The notes beneath the pieces were generated by a model that searched no databases, was not told the origin of the DNA, and saw nothing but the letters and a program-made list of their open reading frames with translations. Shown in pieces: positions 7,086 through 10,868 of a DNA stretch of 10,868 nt; position 1 is the stretch's first letter, and every line of letters starts with the position of its first letter. The position numbers and the translations under genes were made by a program. The stretch is from NCBI GenBank assembly GCA_046759445.1, contig JBHICG010000094.1, forward strand, positions 1 through 10,868. Direction: 5' to 3'. The stretch comes from Candidatus Scalinduaceae bacterium (GTDB taxonomy: Bacteria; Planctomycetota; Brocadiia; Brocadiales; Scalinduaceae).

Positions 7086-8822
7086 ATGCAGCTTGCCATA
7101 ATAGATTGGTTGATTATTGGCGGATATTGTGTCTTTGCCTTGTTCGTGGGGATTTATTTCTCAAAAAGGGCTAGTAAGAATATCAGGGAATTTTTTCTTT
7201 CCGGAAGCACTCTACCCTGGTGGCTGGTTGGAACGTCCATGGTTGCTACGACATTTGCGGCAGACACACCACTAGCAGTAACCGAATACGTACGCAGTGA
7301 TGGTATATGGCGTAACTGGTTCTGGTGGAATGCCTCACTTGGCGGACTTCTCAGTGTATTTCTCTTCTCCAGACTCTGGAGAAGAACGAGTGTCTTAACA
7401 GATAATGAATTAATAGAAATCAGATACTCTGGCAAACCGGCGTCCATATTAAGGGGCTTCAAGGCGCTGTATTTCTCAACCATCTATAATTTTGTCGTAA
7501 TGGGTTGGGTCATACAGGCGATGTCAACCGTTTTCAGAGTTACACTGGACATACCTGAAGAAAGGCAATGGATATCAATTGGAATATGTGTGGTCATAGC
7601 ATTGGCTTATACTGTACTCTCAGGGTTCTGGGGTGTGGTAGTAACTGACCTTATACAATTTATTATTGCAATGGGTGGGGCTATTACACTGGCAGTTTTT
7701 TCACTCAATGCAGTTGGAGGCATGTCGGAGTTAAAATTGCAATTAGCATCGATAGATCATGTAAGTGATTCAGTCCTTTATTTCTTTCCACCAATTAATT
7801 CAAGCATGTCACCTCTAACGGCAGAATTCTGGTCGTCACCCTTCTTTATGTTCTTAGTATTCATAAGCATTATGTGGTGGTCAACCCACAATGCAGATGG
7901 TGGTGGCTACATCATTCAAAGGATGCTATCATCTAAAGATGAAAGGCATTCTCTTTACGCCACTTTATGGTTTAACATCGCACAATATGCCCTAAGGGTA
8001 TGGCCGTGGATAATAGTAGCGCTCGTATCTCTTGTAGTATTTCCGAATATAACTGAGGGTAAGGCAGCATATCCAATGGCCATTAACAAATTCCTGCCTG
8101 CAGGTCTTAAGGGTTTACTCATTGTTTCCTTTCTAGCTGCCTTTATGTCTACGATTGATACGCACCTTAACTGGGGCACATCTTATTTCATAAATGATTT
8201 GTATAAAAGATTTATAGTAAAGGAGGCAAAAGAGAGACATTATGTTATAGTATCCAGGATTTGTGTAGTAATCCTCATGTTAATCGCCGCTGTTGCAGCA
8301 TCATTTATGGACTCTATCACCAGGGCATGGGAGTTTCTTATTCCTATGGGAGCCGGTATTGGGCTGGTCTTAATCTTGAGATGGTTCTGGTGGAGGATTA
8401 ATGCATGGTCAGAAATTTCAGGATTGACGGCGTCTCTTATCATCAACTTAATCTTACAACCCCTTGATCTTTCAATTCAACACAGGGTTATCATAATCGT
8501 CCCTTCTTCCATCCTGGTATGGGTGACCGTAACCCTTCTTACAAGGCCAGAGCCTGAACACAAACTTGTGAGTTTTTATAATCTAGTTGCGCCAGGCGGT
8601 TTCTGGAGACCTATCAGAGACAAGATAAATACAACCAAAAAGACTGTGCTTGGATGGAGTTTTCTCATAAACTGGTTTGCGGGTATTGCGTTGATATATG
8701 GGACAACATTCGGAATAGGAAAGATAATCTTTGAAGACTTCATTACTGGAGGGATACTTCTTATTATTGCAGGAATTGGTTTTTCAATTATTTATATCGG
8801 ATTGCGTAAGGGGCTTGTATAA
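7086..8822 (+). CDS. Sodium:solute symporter (SSS/SLC5) family protein, substrate unknown
   Basis: 578-aa polytopic membrane protein with FFLSG..LPWW..GTSMVATTF, G..GVVVTD.IQ, IQRMLS and AAFMSTIDT motifs. Confidence 0.95.
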   Translation: MQLAIIDWLIIGGYCVFALFVGIYFSKRASKNIREFFLSGSTLPWWLVGTSMVATTFAADTPLAVTEYVRSDGIWRNWFWWNASLGGLLSVFLFSRLWRRTSVLTDNELIEIRYSGKPASILRGFKALYFSTIYNFVVMGWVIQAMSTVFRVTLDIPEERQWISIGICVVIALAYTVLSGFWGVVVTDLIQFIIAMGGAITLAVFSLNAVGGMSELKLQLASIDHVSDSVLYFFPPINSSMSPLTAEFWSSPFFMFLVFISIMWWSTHNADGGGYIIQRMLSSKDERHSLYATLWFNIAQYALRVWPWIIVALVSLVVFPNITEGKAAYPMAINKFLPAGLKGLLIVSFLAAFMSTIDTHLNWGTSYFINDLYKRFIVKEAKERHYVIVSRICVVILMLIAAVAASFMDSITRAWEFLIPMGAGIGLVLILRWFWWRINAWSEISGLTASLIINLILQPLDLSIQHRVIIIVPSSILVWVTVTLLTRPEPEHKLVSFYNLVAPGGFWRPIRDKINTTKKTVLGWSFLINWFAGIALIYGTTFGIGKIIFEDFITGGILLIIAGIGFSIIYIGLRKGLV

Positions 8823-8861
8823 ACTTTTAATCTAACCAGTATGGAATTGAAATAATGGACT

Positions 8862-8887
8862 GGAAACCTAAAGGTTTCCGCTACGAC
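8862..8887 (-). repeat. GTAG-type REP-like palindrome downstream of the SSS gene
   Basis: Minus strand GTC-GTAG-C-GGAAACC-TTTA-GGTTTCC: a GTAG tetranucleotide followed by a perfect 7-bp stem. Confidence 0.55.
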
Positions 8888-8977
8888 TCGTTTTAATCCA
8901 ACAAGTAGAAATTGAATTGTTCCCAAAGGAAAACAAATAACGAATAACGGCTTTAATCTAACAGGTATTGTATTGCA

Positions 8978-9820
8978 ATGCTAAAAAATACATTCCTTCA
9001 TATACCCGGCATTTGCACACGGCTGGAACAACATTTATGGAATTCGGGTGTTCATTCCTGGGATGCTTTTATGGAAATGCATACAATTCCATTACCACAA
9101 AAAGAAATAAGTTCTTCGAAAGGTTATGTAAAGCAATCGTTCAAACATCTTGAAAACAATAACCCAAATTTCTTTGCTGAGCTATTAGTGTCTAACCAAC
9201 ATTGGCGATTGTTTCCTGATTTCCGACACTCGATTGCATATTTGGATATTGAAACAACCGGTCTGGGCAGATCAGGAGATTACATCACAACGATTTCCCT
9301 GTATGATGGAAAATCTATTTTCTATTATATCAATGGTGATAATCTTGAGGATTTTAAGGAAGACATTAAAAAGTATAAGGTCATTGTTACATATAATGGC
9401 AAATGTTTTGATATACCCTTTATTGAGAACTATCTTAAAATCAGAATGAACCACACTCATATCGATTTGAGATATCTTTTAAAAAGTCTTGGTTATACCG
9501 GTGGTTTAAAAGGATGCGAGAGGCAGTTAGGTATAGATAGAAATGAGCTAGAAGGCGTTAACGGCTATTTCGCTGTTTTGCTTTGGAATGATTACGAGGA
9601 GAATAAGAACCTAAAGGCATTGGAAACCTTTCTTGCGTATAATATCCAGGATGTGGTGAATCTTGAAACCTTAATGGTTATTTCCTACAACCTGAAATTG
9701 AATGATACACCGTTTCCCCATCGTCATCAATTACCGTTACCCTCCTCTCCTCAAGAAATTCCATTCAAAGCAGATATGGAGACGATAGAAAGAATTAAGA
9801 ACACATATACTTATAAATAA
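8978..9820 (+). CDS. YprB-like RNase H-fold (DEDD-type) exonuclease with N-terminal helix-hairpin-helix
   Basis: Exo motifs YLDIETTG, TYNGKCFDIPF, HIDL, GLKGCE..LG and YNIQD; N-terminal HIPGI HhH-like motif. Confidence 0.9.
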   Translation: MLKNTFLHIPGICTRLEQHLWNSGVHSWDAFMEMHTIPLPQKEISSSKGYVKQSFKHLENNNPNFFAELLVSNQHWRLFPDFRHSIAYLDIETTGLGRSGDYITTISLYDGKSIFYYINGDNLEDFKEDIKKYKVIVTYNGKCFDIPFIENYLKIRMNHTHIDLRYLLKSLGYTGGLKGCERQLGIDRNELEGVNGYFAVLLWNDYEENKNLKALETFLAYNIQDVVNLETLMVISYNLKLNDTPFPHRHQLPLPSSPQEIPFKADMETIERIKNTYTYK

Positions 9821-9848
9821 GCGATATAATGTTAAATATTTATGTTTT

Positions 9849-9983
9849 TACCCCGTAGGAAAACCCCTTGAGGACGCATGGAGATTATAAAATTAAATAA
9901 CTTCCGCTTTTTCTTACGGAGTTTAATACCCCGTGAGAAATTCCAGCAGGTTTTACTGCGAAAGTTAAAAATTTAACAGGTAT
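9849..9983. repeat. BIME-like cluster of alternating ACCCCGTnnGAAA repeats
   Basis: ACCCCGTAGGAAAA (9850-9863, +), TTTTCTTACGGAGT (9909-9922, inverted, 12/14), ACCCCGTGAGAAA (9928-9940, +), and a weak inverted copy at 9971-9982. Confidence 0.55.
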
Positions 9984-10099
9984 TTTACAAGATTTTGTAA
10001 AATAAACAGGTTGATAGGAAACTAATAAAGAATAAAATCTAATATTTGCTACAATAATATAAAAGTAATGTTAGCCATGAAAAAGATGAAGGAAAAACA

Positions 10100-10720
10100 A
10101 TGAAATCAAGTAGTAAGCATTGGGATGCAATTTTTTCAGGCACAGAAGATCCAAAATTAGGATGGTTTGAAAAGGACGCATCCAAAACATTGGAATTATT
10201 GAATCCTATTCCGAAATGGGAAAATTCTACGGTATTCCTCCCGGGAGTGGGAACTTCAGTTTTAATAGAAGAACTTCTGTCCAGGGGCGTAAAATTAGTT
10301 CTCAATGATATTAGTATTGAGGCTATAAACCGAGCCAAGAGCAGGTTGGGTAACAAATGCAAAGAAATTAATTGGCTTTGCCAGGACATCGCCCAACCTA
10401 TCCAAGATGCAATACCAGATATTGATATATGGATTGATAGGGCAGTTTTACATTTTCTAACCGATGAAGATGGTATAAAAGGATACTTCGAGAATATAAA
10501 ATCAATATTAAAAGTAGGTAGTTACGCCATGTTTGCCGAATTTTCAAAAACAGGTGCGCCTAAATGTGCGGGCTTAACACTTCATAGATATTCTATTGAA
10601 GAATTATCCGGAAACTTGGGCCTATCGTTTAAGCTTGTTTCACATTTTGACTATACATATATAAACCCATTTGGCGATCCAAGACCATACGTTTATGCTC
10701 TTTACAAAAGAGAGATTTAA
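10100..10720 (+). CDS. Class I SAM-dependent methyltransferase, TPMT-like; probable integron gene cassette ORF
   Basis: N-terminal HW..IF....LGW, motif I variant FLPGVG, acidic motif II NDIS, QDI, DIWIDRAVLHFL, LK.G and CAGL. AAGGA RBS upstream. Confidence 0.9.
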   Translation: MKSSSKHWDAIFSGTEDPKLGWFEKDASKTLELLNPIPKWENSTVFLPGVGTSVLIEELLSRGVKLVLNDISIEAINRAKSRLGNKCKEINWLCQDIAQPIQDAIPDIDIWIDRAVLHFLTDEDGIKGYFENIKSILKVGSYAMFAEFSKTGAPKCAGLTLHRYSIEELSGNLGLSFKLVSHFDYTYINPFGDPRPYVYALYKREI

Positions 10721-10790
10721 GAAACAAGGCGCTGAACCTGACGTCTATTCCGCTACGCTTCATAGCCGCCGGTGAGCTTGGACGTTATAA
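10719..10790 (+). mobile_element. Integron attC-like recombination site (72 bp, somewhat degenerate)
   Basis: R'' ending AAC (10723-10725), 5-nt spacer AAGGC, L'' GCTGAACC (10731-10738, extrahelical G), imperfect inner stem GACGTCTAT/ATAGCCGCC around a loop containing CGCTACGC, L' GGTGAGC (10771-10777), 6-nt spacer, R' GTTATAA (10784-10790). It begins at the stop codon of the methyltransferase. Confidence 0.78.
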
Positions 10791-10868
10791 AAACACTAAA
10801 TGATAAAATATAATATAGGCTTATCCGGTTGACTGCCGTTAGTTCAACATCTGGTGATTCTCGGTTAA

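Noticed and set aside
9849..9983. CRISPR mini-array
   Set aside because: Repeats are about 13 nt, degenerate and alternate in orientation, and there are no cas genes.
9821..10069. Integron integrase intI upstream of the cassette
   Set aside because: The interval is only about 250 bp and contains no tyrosine-recombinase reading frame.
5971..10389. Short ORFs 5971, 6083, 7154, 7955, 8240, 8968, 9234, 9272 and 10039
   Set aside because: All lie within or across well-supported CDSs in other frames or on the opposite strand.
10800..10868. Selenocysteine read-through mini-ORF MIKYNIGLSG(U)LPLVQHLVILG
   Set aside because: Only 22 codons, no RBS, no redox motif, and no convincing bacterial SECIS at the correct spacing.

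Overview
AT-rich bacterial chromosomal window. The host is inferred, not proven, to be a diderm, possibly an anammox-type planctomycete (Brocadiales/Scalindua-like), from my recollection of the protein styles. Gene order: partial aldo/keto reductase (-); a small-protein plus nucleotidyltransferase pair resembling a MenAT1-type toxin-antitoxin module, whose toxin carries an in-frame TAA (+); folD (-); a multiply broken nhaD-type Na+/H+ antiporter pseudogene (+); a CDF metal exporter with an HxxxH/HxxxD site (-); folK and an LptF/LptG permease (+); an SSS Na+/solute symporter (+); a YprB-like RNase H-fold exonuclease (+); and a TPMT-like SAM methyltransferase followed directly by an integron attC-like site, with no integrase in the window (+). 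The intergenic regions hold several REP-, BIME- and MITE-like palindromic elements. I found no rRNA, tRNA, CRISPR array or transposase.
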